This document shows positions 1 to 13,576 of a stretch of 64,000 nt of DNA, in pieces. A program made the translations under genes and the position numbers. Under the pieces are notes generated by a model, which ran no database searches, was not told the DNA's origin, and saw only the letters and a program-made list of their open reading frames with translations. The DNA is from Octopus bimaculoides (Eukaryota). The DNA lies in the NCBI RefSeq assembly GCF_001194135.2, contig NC_069002.1, positions 34,208,000 through 34,271,999 on the forward strand. The letters run 5' to 3'. Positions within the stretch are counted from its first letter, which is position 1. Every line of letters begins with the position of its first letter.

Positions 1-222
1 ACATATTTATCAAAAAGAAAACATTCTTCAATATTCCTTAAAATCGAATTTCTAGCACATGACGGCAGCAGGCAGGTTTATTCTGTATTAGTGTAACAAA
101 CCACGAATGACATTCTGATGAGTGCCTCGTTTCAAATTTGCAATGGAGAAACACGCAAGATAATTGCATGAATATATAATGAAAGAAAGGAGACTAAGAA
201 ATGATATCATACACATACATCA

Positions 223-350
223 GGTGCAAGCGCAGCTGCGTGGTAAGAAGCTTGTGTGGCACCTTGGGCATGTGTCTTCTACTATAGCCTGGGGCCAACC
301 AAGGCATTGTGAATGGAGTTGGTAGAGGAAAAACGGAAGAAACCAGTCAT
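223..350 (+). mobile_element. SINE family A, 5' part (tRNA-like head plus partial body)
   Basis: Matches the head of the full copy at 53103 (GTGGTAAG..GCTTG..GGCACCTTGGGCA.GTGTCTTCTACTATAGCC), followed by microsatellite. Confidence 0.8.
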
Positions 351-401
351 GTATGTATATATATATATTTATGTGTGTGTGTGTGCGTCTGCCTGCCTGC
401 A

Positions 402-435
<34 letters not shown>

Positions 436-452
436 TCCCTCCCTCCAGCACT

Positions 453-535
453 GTTCGATATCCAGAACGTAAAGACAGACGAAATACCGCTAAGCACTTC
501 GCCCGACGCGCTAGCGTTTCTACCAGCTCGCCGCC
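453..535 (-). mobile_element. SINE family B head fragment
   Basis: Reverse complement reads GGCGGCGAGCTGGTAGAAACGCTAGCGCGTCGGGCGAAGTGCTTAGCGGTATTTCGTCTGTCTTTACGTTCTG; abuts (AAT)n. Confidence 0.85.
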
Positions 536-1302
536 TTCAATAATAATAATAATAATAATTGTCTGAAGAATGACTTGACTCCTTTACACGGTAAATACAC
601 AATAAGGAGAGTGTGATGTGATTTGAAATGACTTACAGATATTTCTACTGTATGCTTATCTTCTTCGGGTTCAAAATTGAAAACAGAAAATTAAAGAGTC
701 TTATTAGAAAACAAAAAAAAAAATAAAAAATGCGAGTGAAATAATAATAGGTTGTGCAAGAATACACGAAGTACCAGTGATACTCTAGTTACGTGAATAT
801 GCATGCATATCTGAAAGCGTGTATTTAATAATTTGCGTAAACGTTGTTCGAGTTATTAGATCTCATATTGATATATATTAACATTTTTGTGTGAGCGTAC
901 AAGTCATGGATGAATATAACATGGCTTCAAACATGAGAGCTCTGATAATATTTATACACTTGTGTTTCTGTTTCTTCTAAGTTATATTTATTGGTGGTGT
1001 TGTTGTTGTTGTTTTTTCTTCGTTATTTGAATATGTTCAGTCATATTTCTAAGTTTATTGTTTGTATGCTGTATACATAATAGCTTCCCATCATCAGTCT
1101 GCACCAGATTTTAGTAAATAAACTACAAAACAGAAATGCATACATAAACAAATATAATATCATACAAAAAATAAGTGGTTGCCATATAGAGCCATGGCGA
1201 TGGATAGGCAGATAGATATACATATATCAATATATTTATGAATTGTGAAAGATGATTAAAATAATAGAGAATAGCGACAGAATATAGAAGTCTATCTATC
1301 TT

Positions 1303-1352
<50 letters not shown>

Positions 1353-1426
1353 TTGTGTCTCATTAAGTATGCACAGGTACACACACATATATGTATGCAC
1401 ATAGTTTTACATCCATTCAGACACGG

Positions 1427-1558
<132 letters not shown>

Positions 1559-2374
1559 GCAAAGTGTATGTGCATGGACACATATACATACATATGTCAG
1601 TACGAATTTAGAGAGAGAGAAAGAGATATAGAGAAAGTGAGAAGAGGAGACATGGAATGTTATATACATTTATTTATATTTTATGCTGGATTAATTCTTG
1701 AAAATGGAACAAATCTCATTTTACCAAAATTTTCAAAACATTGCATCAAAAGAATTTGCATATATGTATTCGTTGTTTATTTTATGTTTATAGTTTGTAA
1801 ATTTTCCTGATTATTTTCTTTTTTGTTTTGTTTTGAACAAATTCTTCGAGATTTTAATGGTTTTCGAAAATCTCGACAGATTCTTTGAAATAAGTGAATT
1901 AATTAATAGCTTGGTGGAAAGTTCTGTAGCCAAACAAATTATCTTCCATTGGCGTGACATGATGATCGGCCTATAGAATGTTCTCTTTCTATTTATCAGA
2001 ACACATTGGAGAGAAGAAAAAGAAAATGGTGCTAAATTAAAAGCGATAAGATTCAAGGACAAGAATATGTATATTACCACTCGGTTCCATAGAAACTTTC
2101 ACAATGCATTACCTAATTGATATCTGAATCTTCGATGTGTTCTTACAAAGACATTATCTTCTTGGGAAGTTTGGCAATTTCAAAAATTGAAGACAAGGTT
2201 GATGACGGAGCTAAAGATGATGAGAGGGATGATGATGATGTCGACACTGCTTAGAATTATATTATTCCAATGATGATGAATGAGGAGGAGAATGATGATA
2301 ATGATGATATTTGATATTAATAACCTTATTATTTGCTATCACTATCGCTGTTTGTAATTCAATAATTATATATA

Positions 2375-2412
<38 letters not shown>

Positions 2413-3598
2413 CTTGTATGTATATGTTATACGTTTCTGCATATATACTTATGTATATACATGTTTTGTGTAATGCAAATATGTGCTCATGAGTTCGCGT
2501 GTATATGTGATTAGGTGTAAACTTTCGTGTAATTGTACATTAATATGTGTGTGTGGGCGAGCGTATTTATAAATGTGTGTGTGTGTGCCTGTCAATGTGT
2601 TTGTGTATACCTTGTGTATGCGGAAGTAGTTTTAGATATGCTCAGTAATTGAAATTAATTTATATGCATATAATATCGTGCATAAATCTGGACTATTAAT
2701 TCATCTTATAATTTAGAATATCGAAAAATAATATTCTGAAGTAGAATGTGGTAAATTTAAATATAGATTTATTACAGTAAATTTCAAAACCTTTACATAT
2801 TTTAAAGATTGTGCATCAAAAGGGGTATATTTGCTAATGACAAAATGTTGTAGCATCTGATTGTTACGGAATGCCACGAAACCGTTCTATAATGCAAATA
2901 TACCAGCGTTTTCTTTTTACCGCGAGTTCATGAAACAATGAGGAATACATGAATGTCACAGCAAAGCAACTATTTTTTTTTCTGTCATTGCTAATTATTA
3001 CGGCACTCTATTTCGGTATAGTGAAACATTTAATGTATTGATGAAAACTTTATCGTGTAATTTCAAAATTTGAAAGATTCTACTACACTCTGGTAACATG
3101 ATAAGATGATAATGTATAACTCTTGAACATTACATTGAATAAAAGCAGAATATTATTCTAATATACCATTGCATGACCCAAACCCTGCCGGGGGAGAATC
3201 GGTTTTTCATCTGATTCATTATATGGTACCTACAGTATTTTATTGAACCTAGGAAATGCAAGTTCGACTCCAACTAGATTCGAGATTTGAACTTGAAAGA
3301 TTTAAGTAAATATCGCAAAATACGTTGTCTAATGGTCTACCAAGACCTACAATAACAAGGGGCCACATTAGGTTAAGTAGGTAAATACAAAATGTGTTGC
3401 TCTGACAGGTTGGTGTCAATATGCGAAGTATGTTTTGTGAATAGTCTGAGGACCCTCCAGCCCGAGGACACCTTCCTCATATCGATCTCACACGCTTTGT
3501 AAATATGTTTGTGGGCGGGAAATTTAGTCCTGCAGTAAACCAATATAAAGTCCTTTCGGAATGATGCGATGTTTATAACTCTATATAACAAACCAACA

Positions 3599-3988
3599 GT
3601 GGAGGCGCAATGGCCTTGTGGTTAGGGCAGCGGACTGGCGGTCATAAGATCGCAGTTTCGATTCCCAGAACGGGTGTTGTGAGTGTTTATTGAGCGAAAA
3701 CACCTAAAGCTCCACGACGCTCCGGCAGGGGATGGTGGCGAACCCTGCTGTACTCTTCCACCACAACTTTCTCTCACTCTTACTTCCTGTTTCTATTGTA
3801 CCTGTATTTCAAAGTGCCAGCCTTGTGACACTGTGTCACGCTGAATATCCCCGAGAACTACGTTACGGGTACACGTGTCTGTGGAGTGCTCAGCCACTTG
3901 CACGTTAATTTCACGAGCAGTCTGTTCTGTTGATCGGGTCAACTGAAACCCTCAACGTCGTAAGTGACGGAGTGCTAACAACAACAAT
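3599..3988 (+). mobile_element. SINE family C, full length, with (ACA)n tail and 9-bp target-site duplication
   Basis: tRNA-like head (TGGCCTTGTGG ... GTTTCGATTCCC); near-identical body at 61904-62250; AAACCAACA at 3590-3598 and 3989-3997. Confidence 0.9.
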
Positions 3989-6900
3989 AAACCAACAAGG
4001 CTTATTCGACACCCCTAAAAATAAAAAAAATCTTTCTTTTAACCCTTGTGTTATATTTTGTTCACATTATGGTTCAACGGTATCACTCAGCACTTTGGTG
4101 AATTTTAGTTTTCTGTTAGAGAATTGAGAAATTTGAATCCTAGCTGAAGGACACTACTTCTTTTGTTTTCACCAGTCTCTGAAACCTAAACAGGTTTGAA
4201 GGGAACAGCCCTTTATTCACTGACAACTTATTTAATAAAACAAAATTTTGTTTGCGCTACGTCTGAAACAAAATGCAGGATGGTGGTTGCCGGAATAAAA
4301 GTTGGTCATATCTTTGTGTGTTTAAATAAAAGGCGACAAGATACTAAACAAATTTTACAGCACCAACGAGAGTAGCATTATGGAATACTTAGAAAGAAGC
4401 CGGAATGTTTCGATGATAAGAAATTGTTACTTCATAAATCTGACACTGATCCATACTTACATTGTGTATTACGTCATCACTAAGTTTCAATGATGCTTTT
4501 GTATTTAGGATAAATCAGCTTCAGATTCTTTCTCCCACATACACATATGTGCACAGCGGTACACGTCATGTGTCGTTGCTGCATTCCAACCAGAGGAACG
4601 TCTTTGCAGACAAGTCAAACCGATCTATTGCGTTATCATTTATTTCTCTCATTCACTATGTATCTCAGTGAATTACATTTAAGCCATATTGTTAACGAAA
4701 GGAAAGGTGTGACAAACTTTCAATTCCCGTGGGAGGTAGCGTCGTCTTTAAATTATCAAGAACCAAAATTCAAACTATATGACACACTCAGAATAGGCAA
4801 AACTTATCTCCACCTAAGTATGTTCATTTAAAGAATTATGTATCGATTTCTTACAGTGAAACAGCTTTCTAGAGGGAGCCTCGACACCTGAACTGTTAGG
4901 AATATAAGTGAAATTTACATAAAATCGTACACTGTGAACCATATTAAAGAAGACAGACATATAGGACAGAATAACCTTACATATTCAAAAGATGTAACAA
5001 TAAGTGGAAAGTAATTAATCATAGGTACCTGTTGGAAATGATTGTGATCATAGAGAGGTTGTTGATAGATCTGATAGGAATAACGGCGATATCAGACCGT
5101 ATGGGTCATTGCAGGAGGAGAGATGAATGATTCGGGAAGACTAGAATAGATAAGACAATAGCCTTCATCGAGGAATAAAATCGGCTGTCATGTCAATAAT
5201 TAATCTTCGGAAGTGAAATATATGATCAAAAATATTGATGCCAGAACCATCCGGTTATATTAACCATTATTAAATTTTCTGTAATAAACATAAAATTTAC
5301 TGTAATAAAACAGTAAATTATAAAATCTGGAATTGTCTTTTTTATGCTGCTGCTACTACTGATGTTGTTAGTTTATTTGGCTTATTCGCACATCCACCCC
5401 GAGCTGAAAGTTATTACTGTCAGAGCTATTCTGCTTTGTTAACACTGATATTGAAACCAAAATTTATTGTTCAAAATGTTCTTCATTGTTTATTAGGATT
5501 CCGATTGTTTTCCAGGAGACCTCTTTTAGGAACTCTCAATCACATTATTTACTTGTCTGATCTCGAGTTATTTCATTTTTCTTTTCTTTCTTTCAATACT
5601 TGTAAGGGCGTAAATTTTGGTTCCAGAGTAATTTGGCTGCTATTTCTCGAGGGTACATTGGTTTAGTTAAGGATCGCTTTTTGCCCTCATTTTAAAATTT
5701 AAAAAAAAAAAATTGCACAAATAATCTGGTTTCATTGTAGGAGATATTTCTTATTCTTGACGTTGTGAAATAATATCCAACTTGTTTGAAATTATACTGC
5801 GGTTTCCTTTCTGTAGTGTTTGCTTCTTGTACAATCATACAATAACTTCCTACGTATATCATTCAGTATTGATGAAGTATTGCTAAAGAACGGTACAGAA
5901 GCATTGATTCGCTGCGAAAACCGATCATTTATGTTCTAAGCAACATGTTATACAGTCTGATTGAAGATATATATCTGTGCAAAGCATATTATTTATTAAA
6001 GATTTCCTTTCAAGGTCATCGCTGTTTATACCAGAATATGTTTCTGCTGCAGCATTCCTTTATGCCACAATGACAAAGGTTTTTCGGAAACATCTCTGTG
6101 CTGCAAGATACAGTGAATCTACATTAACATTTCGCATCGGAAATAATCAATAAAAGATAAATACAAACAATTGTAGACCAAACGGAAAAAGAATATAAAA
6201 TAAGGAATAACAAATGATATCAAGAAAATAGCCGATTCTCGTGTCAGATGACCCACAATTATTCTTATTTGGGTCACATGAACCAATGGGCTCTTTTGGA
6301 AATATTAAATCATCTTCACACTTGATTAACTGATTAGATTATATCTTATCGTATTTTACTTTGACTTGCTGCAAAGTTTTAGACTTTTTCTATAAAGGTC
6401 AGCATTTATGCGACTGTTTGATATTGGCACGAAGCTGAGAGGCGATAGTTCATAATAGCAGTGCCATGTTACTGTTCTGATTTCAATAACTAATTGCTGA
6501 AAATAATAGACGAGCCATTTGCATGATGCTATAAAGTGTAGTTGACACAATTTCGTTTCCAATAGAATTTGAAGATAAACTATTATACACAGGTCTAACA
6601 AGATAAAATAAGAAATTGGATTCATATAATGGAGAAAGAAAAACTATATGTTATTCTTCGAAAGAGGAAGGACAGTGTAGCGGAGGAAGAGACCATGATG
6701 TAGATCGGTATGCTAGAAAAGAAAATGGTAAATCTGTTTCAAAAGAGCGTAGCCAACGGTGCTAATAGAAGAATACGTATGGTAATGTACACTTAGTATA
6801 ATATATTAAAAGGTGAGATGGTGGAGTCGAGCCAGAAGGTGTTTCAGCACACAAATTTATTGATAAAGGCCAGCACAGAGAAAAATAACAGTAAAACATA

Positions 6901-7249
6901 TATATATATCAATATTCTACAAGCAAATCGAACTGAAATGAGAGATCTTAGATTATTGCTTCACCTGTTCGATATAGCAAGAAAATAATTCCTCAAATAA
7001 ACACAATCTATTGTAACACGTAGCCATATAGGGAGAAATAGTCGTAGGTAGAGATTGGGCCTGATTAAAACACGAGATATTAACGGTAGAAATATTTCGA
7101 TTATAGATATTGTGGCAGAAGGCTAGAAACTTAGGAAGCAAATAGTTTATAAATGTGTGTGTGTGTGTGTGTGTGTGTGTATACATACACATATAAAGAG
7201 AAAGAGAGAGGGAGGAATAGGTATAGATATAAATACACATAAATATATT

Positions 7250-7475
7250 GTTTTCTTTCAGTCATTTGACTGCGGCCATGCTGGAGTGCCGCCTTTAGTC
7301 GAAAATATCGACCCCAGGGCTTATTGTCTGTTAGACTAGTATTTATCCTATCAGTTTCTTATTGCCGAACTGCTATATAATGAGGACGTAAATACACCAA
7401 CATCGGTTGTCAAGCGATGGTGAGGGACAAACAGACACACTAGCATATATATATCTATACATATATACGACGGGA
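7250..7475 (-). mobile_element. SINE family A, 3' half
   Basis: Reverse complement of the 53330-53535 segment (..GGCGGCACTCCAGCATGGCCGCAGTCAAATGACTGAAA). Confidence 0.85.
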
Positions 7476-7899
7476 TCGCTGGCCACTTATCACCAAGGAA
7501 GACCCTATCTAGCCACTAAAAACATTTTTCTTGATCAGCATACGCGCCCGCAAATATAGCAGTAAAAGGTTCTTCTATTCACTAGATTGGCCATCTGTTT
7601 TCATGCATCTCACTTAAATTGTGCATGAAATAAGCACGTTTACTACTTTCCTCCATTGGTAGCAATGGCGGGTATTGCTTTCTAAGTTTACCTCTCATAT
7701 TTCTCATACCTTCATTGAAGACGTCTCACAGTCCTTAAATCGTTGTATTTATTTTCGCTGGGAGTGTTTACTACGAACAAGTTTACATTTACCATAATTA
7801 AGTTTGTTACAAAAGCCTCCGGCAAAAATGGTATTTTTTGCTGAGAGATAGCGTTTTGGCAGTGGTAGTACCGTACAGAACCGTCACGATCTTATAATT

Positions 7900-8070
7900 G
7901 TAGTATGTAGGGATGGTGCTGTTTCCAGTTACTGGAAGAATGTAATTATCTTGCCTCTCCATAAGAGAAACTAAAAAAAAAAAAGAGTAGCTAAAATAGA
8001 GGTATTGCTCTACTGTCATATGTTGGCAACGTTCTGTCGATTATATCCCCTTCTACGACTGAATAAATAC
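7900..8070 (+). mobile_element. Decayed LINE reverse-transcriptase-region fragment
   Basis: Reads DGAVSSYWKNVIILPLHKR, like the G.VP.DW..A.IVPI.KK motif upstream of LINE RT domains. Confidence 0.35.
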
Positions 8071-8411
8071 CTTGTAAAGGATGTCCTATCTAAATCTCCG
8101 TTCTGGCAAGCGAACAATGGATACAATGTTGACAGCAAAGTAGATACAGGATAAGCCCTCAGAGCAGTATATGGACAGTGTCCAGGTTTTCATTGGTTTA
8201 ATGAAAGCCTTTGATACTTGAATAGTGCCGATCTATGGAAGACACACACACACACACACTGAAGTACATAGTTATAGTTATGTAAATAGACTGATAGATA
8301 AATGAATAGATAGAAAGATATAGAGATGTGGATAGATAGTTAGAGAGACAGATTTGTGTATATATGCGTGTGTCTGTACACACATTTACATACGTACATG
8401 CATACATTCAG

Positions 8412-8687
8412 GTTATTTGCGATTACGAGTTAAATATGAAATTTGCGCGTGCTCGACTGAAAATTGTTGAATATTGTGGTCGATTTATCCTCTCTCCCGA
8501 ATTTGCTGGCCGTGTGCCAAAATTTGAAATCGATATCTGCACAAGTTTCAATTCTGGTACTTCCGATAAAATAGCAACAACCAAAATATACTCCATTCTG
8601 AAGATGAGATTGAGAAAAACTAGAACATTCGACATTGGATTTACAAATGCTTTCTCAACCATACAATCTACAACAAGTATACTAAAT
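8412..8687 (+). CDS. Internal coding exon, phase 0-0, 92 codons; tentatively resembles the C-terminal half of an SMP/TULIP lipid-transfer domain (C2CD2/C2CD2L-TMEM24-like)
   Basis: Acceptor ttcAG at 8410-8411, donor GTaaga at 8688, 276-nt open frame VICDYELNMKFARARLKIVEYCGRFILSPEFAGRVPKFEIDICTSFNSGTSDKIATTKIYSILKMRLRKTRTFDIGFTNAFSTIQSTTSILN in non-repetitive sequence. Family call is a by-eye pattern match only, about 0.3. Confidence 0.6.
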
Positions 8688-8742
8688 GTAAGAATATAGG
8701 CAGTACGTAATGGTATTTTCAAAATTGTCTAACAGAATATCT

Positions 8743-8799
<57 letters not shown>

Positions 8800-9222
8800 T
8801 TCAATACACATACGTCTACACATAAGCATAACAAACACATACACACACACACATGCATATATGTTTCAATACACACACATCACGTTTATATATATATACA
8901 GAAGTGAAGATCTAGAAGCAGATATAAGCTAAAATGGTAGAATAAAAAATAACTAAAGTCTCTGCCAGCGAATGAGCCATGCAGACATCCATCCAGCTAT
9001 GCAGTCAAACAGAGAAACAGGCAAATATATAGAAAGTCTAGCAGTCGAATGTTTACCAATGAAAATAAAATAAACACTAACTGTGTGATCAACGAATTGA
9101 TAAGTATAAAGATAAGATCAACTCGAATAAATTTGTCAATAGAAAATCTAAAATATATAGAGGTATGTGCATATATGTATATATGTAAGTATATATGTAT
9201 ATTTATATATGTGTGTGTATAT

Positions 9223-9278
<56 letters not shown>

Positions 9279-9411
9279 GTGTTCATATATATGTGTATGT
9301 ATGTGTATACGTATGTATGTATATGTGTGTATGTGTGCATATATATGTATGTATGTGTATGCATGTATGTATGTATATATGTATGCATATGTGTATATAT
9401 ATACGTATATA

Positions 9412-9483
<72 letters not shown>

Positions 9484-10399
9484 CATCCATACATACAAAC
9501 ACATATATATAGTGTCAAGACAAACGCTGAATCGTGTTGAGTAAAATATATTTTATGACATATTTACAGAAGTTTATTTCAAGTAATTCTTTATTGTTGT
9601 ACGTATTTTAAAAAGAAACGGGGAAACATGAAGAGGCGGATAGAGAGAAACGAGGAAGAGATAAACACTATAACCAAGATTGGAATAAATAAAATAAGAT
9701 AATAAGTAGAAAGAAGCGACTTGTCTCAAAGAATGTCATAAATCCTTGCGGCTGTCTTCAATAAAACTGCGGCAAACAGTTTCCCATCCTCAAAAGACAT
9801 CGGTTTGTGTTCGTGTTGGTGACGTGTATTTTGTGTCACAACTTTTCCTCGTTAAATGCTTCTTATACGACCATAACTTCATGTGCACCATTTTTCTTTT
9901 ACAATTTCTTTATCACTTTTTATGGCTCTACATTCGGAAAGAATTTGTGAATATGTCTGTGCCTCAATGACAAATTTCATGAGTAAGTTTGCGTATTTTT
10001 AGCTGAGTTTGTAAATGTGTGTGTAATATTGTCAGTAAGAAAATGTTTTATATATATATATATATATAATTAATAGTAGTGTGCCATTCGAGACGAAGCG
10101 AAAACTGCATGTGTAGGAGACTCTATCTAAAGTGTATATCAAGAAACCAACAAATTGAATCTAAAGAATGGATCTCAATTATTGATTAGTTATTTATGCT
10201 CCCGGACACCAAGACAACGAATGGTATAGTTAACATAGGTCATATTTGAACTGAGAACGTGAAGTGCTCGATTCAATTAACGAGCATGTCTTGGAGAGCT
10301 GAAGCAATACTGCCAATTTCTTAGCTGTCTACACACAAACAGTCATAAGAAAAGAGATACACATACTGATACATATGCATATTAATATAAACATATGCG

Positions 10400-10625
10400 C
10401 AATATCTAACCGCGTGTGCATCCTTGGCGATTGTCTTTCTCTGTTTTCCCTTCTTTGGACTTTTCCTATATTTCTGACGAAGAGCTCCGCTCGAAACGTT
10501 AAATCCTCTCTTTTCTTTCCTTTTCTGAGCGTCCAGTAACACTGTACTTATTCCACGTCCTCCTCCTGTTGTTTTTCGTGTTTTTTTTCGTTTTACTTTC
10601 TTGCTTGTTCATGTTTGAATCGACT
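10400..10625 (+). mobile_element. Penelope-like terminal-repeat remnant with hammerhead-like core
   Basis: ATTT-CTGACGA-A-GAGC(TCC)GCTC-GAAACGT-T-AAAT at 10470-10504; related sequence at 41770-41900. Confidence 0.55.
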
Positions 10626-11104
10626 ATATAGATATATAGTTATACGTAATTCTAATTTGAAGTAAAAAAAAAAATTAAGGATTGGAATGTAGGCGTTAAC
10701 TGCAGTACCCAAACCTTGTTTCAGCGGAACTCCATGCTAGTGCGTCTGCGGAACCGGTTCACCACTTATGGTTGTCAGGCGTCATCAACAATACTTTTCA
10801 TTCATCTTTGGATCTAGTCCAGAAATTCTAGAATGCACGTAGGGCATATTTTAAAGATTAATGTAGAAGATTGAGTAAAACGAAAATCATTTATTAGCCT
10901 AATTGACATAGAATAATGCAACGCACAACTCCTTCAAGTAGAATAATAGGCTTGTGCATTCACAGATTTAGATTTAAATTCCGCTTCAGGGTAAATGGTG
11001 GTATTGAGATTCAAGTTAAAGGACTTGTCTTGTATTTTCGTATTGTGTTTCCTTACCAAATTACCTTCACTAGCACAAACACATCAGAATTGCTAGAATC
11101 TCTA

Positions 11105-11223
11105 AATCATTCACTAGATCGAATGGTATGGAAAGCAAATTCAACCTCGGCGGAATTTGAACTCATAACGTAAAGACGGACGAAATGCCGCTAGGTATTT
11201 CTCCCGGAGTGACCGCTCATCGC
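11105..11223 (-). mobile_element. SINE family B, degenerate
   Basis: Reverse complement contains GAGTTCAAATTCCGCCGAGGTTGAATTTGCTTTCCAT. Confidence 0.8.
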
Positions 11224-12117
11224 CTTTATCTAGTTAATATAATTATCAGCAACATAAACATCAAAATAGAAAAAAAACGATTAGAAAAAATTACTTTTAA
11301 TGATGCCTCTAGAATATTCTATAATAATCAAATAATACATAATCATCATAACTGATATGCACTACGTCAGTATATATTGGAGTTATTTTTCATATTTATA
11401 TGTCACTTTATTATTGAATAACACTTTTCTCACAATAACACACATTGAACTAAGTCATAAACGAAACATAAATTAAATTAATAAAGAAAAAATATATTAT
11501 TTGATCTGCGAATATAGCCTGTGCTATTTTGTATTTGCTGTTTGAGAAAAATATGGAAATATTAGCCTTGAACTTCTATTTCAAGACTTTTACATCCAAT
11601 ATTCTGCCAACATGTCCAGTTTCCAACTAATATCAATCTACAAATGTCATTATGAAATACGCTCGTAAACAGCAAGGCTACGTCGCAGGTATCTGCAATT
11701 TGAAATTGCCCTTGGCAAATCTACAGCTTTCGTGGGCGTCATCGAAGCACGCATACACTTACATACATAAGTACACACACATACACACAGACATACCCGG
11801 AGACACTAACACAAACGCATCGATACACTTGTGCAAAACAATACGAATAAGGATTAAAATAACTATACTCGAAAACTGTTATAAGTTTTCAGAATTGAAG
11901 TCATGAAACTCACTTTCTCTCCCTAGCTCACACCGATATATATATAAAATGAAAACACGCATACATAGATGTGTGTGTGTATACACACACACGCACACAC
12001 ACACACACACATTATATATGTACACACGCATACATATATGTGTGTACATTTATAAATATACATATATATATATATATATATGCATATATAAAATGAATAT
12101 ATATACATACATATATA

Positions 12118-12160
<43 letters not shown>

Positions 12161-12187
12161 CCACACACACACATACACATACATAGA

Positions 12188-12228
<41 letters not shown>

Positions 12229-12336
12229 CATATGTACACAGAAACTGGAAAAGTTGGTAAATTTCTATTCGTTGATACACATGTATCATTACAGTACACC
12301 AGATGCATTAAGAACATAATTGTCGATGTTGTTGTT

Positions 12337-12461
12337 GAGGTCGACTTTGCCTTTCATCCTTTCAGGGTCGATTAATTAAGTACCAGTTGCGTACTGGGGT
12401 CGATCTAATCGAGTGGCCCCCTCCCCCCAAATTTCGGGCTTTGTGCCTAGAGTAGAAAAGA
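12337..12461 (+). mobile_element. SINE family B, 3' half with tail type 1
   Basis: GAGGTCGACTTTGCCTTTCATCCTTTCAGGGTCGAT...GTGCCTAGAGTAGAAAAG then (ATT)n. Confidence 0.9.
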
Positions 12462-12797
12462 TTAATATTATTATTATCATATCATACATTTTTGATTTCA
12501 ATTAATAACAATGATGATAATAATAGTAATGAGGATGATGATAATAAAAATAAGTTATAATGATAATAGTAATGACAATAGTAATAATAATGATGATAAT
12601 GATAATAGTAATATTAATAATAATTTTAATAAAAGTAGTAATAATGATGATAATAATAATAATAATTTTACTAAAATTAATAACGATGATGAGAATAAAA
12701 ATGATATTTATATGATTGAGCTAACTTTTCCAGAAGATATAGAACCAAAGAAAAAAGGGCCATTGTCATCAAGTGAACGACGATAATAATAATAGTA

Positions 12798-12836
<39 letters not shown>

Positions 12837-12837
12837 T

Positions 12838-13045
12838 CTTGAGAAGTACATGGAACAAATAGGGGCTACAAACCTTGAACTAAATGGAACAAAGAGAGGC
12901 TGCAATAAAGGTGGAGCACTTGCAGAAAACAGCACTGCTTGGAACCGCCCGAATACTCCTGAAGGTGCTCGAAAAATAAGTGGTGTCTTCTTAGTTCACT
13001 GGTAGTGAACAACTGACACCGTAATACAAAGCAATAATAATAAGA
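12838..13045 (+). mobile_element. 3' end of a Dong/R4-clade (restriction-like endonuclease) non-LTR retrotransposon
   Basis: LEKYMEQIGA then AIKVEHLQKTALLGTARILLKVLEK* (12902-12979), the typical R4/Dong C-terminus; 3' UTR with small hairpin GTTCACT-GGT-AGTGAAC; (AAT)n on both sides. Confidence 0.75.
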
Positions 13046-13184
13046 TAATTGTGCCACCATAATAATATAAATATGATTGAAGACATTCAATATAGGTATG
13101 TACGAGGAAAATTTGAAGGTAAATATTATGACAATATCATTTTTGAATCTATGAAGATATACAGTTAGGATAAAATCTATGTTT

Positions 13185-13440
13185 TCTGTAGACACACACA
13201 CACTCACGAGGCTTTGGTCGACCCGGGGCTATAGTTCGCACCATTTGTCCAAGTTTTCATGCGGTGTGACTGAACTCAGAAAGTTTATTCGGTATGCGAT
13301 CTGCTTACCTCTCAGTCACGCTATATGTTTGCATGTGTCTGTTTTGTTGCGGGTGTTTCTCGCGTCCACCGCTTGACAGATACAGTTGTTCTTTTACGTT
13401 ACTGTAAATTAATGATTCGGCAAAAAGTGATCGATTTGAC
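13185..13440. mobile_element. Rearranged SINE family A: head inverted (minus) joined to 3' body (plus)
   Basis: About 13200-13321 matches the head in reverse; 13325-13440 matches the 3' body forward (CCACCGCTTGACA..TTCGGCAAAA). Confidence 0.55.
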
Positions 13441-13576
13441 ATCGTTATTACTGAGGTTGATTTGCGCGATTAAACTCTTGAAAATAGTTCCCCAAGATGC
13501 CCGCTCTCCAATTACTGAAAGATGTATAATAGAGAAATAAAATATATCATTTGCGTTTTTTCTCATTCCATTTAGG

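Noticed and set aside
8423-8722. Minus-strand 99-aa hydrophobic ORF suggesting a membrane protein
   Set aside because: Overlaps the plus-strand frame, which has both canonical splice sites; treated as a shadow ORF, though not excluded
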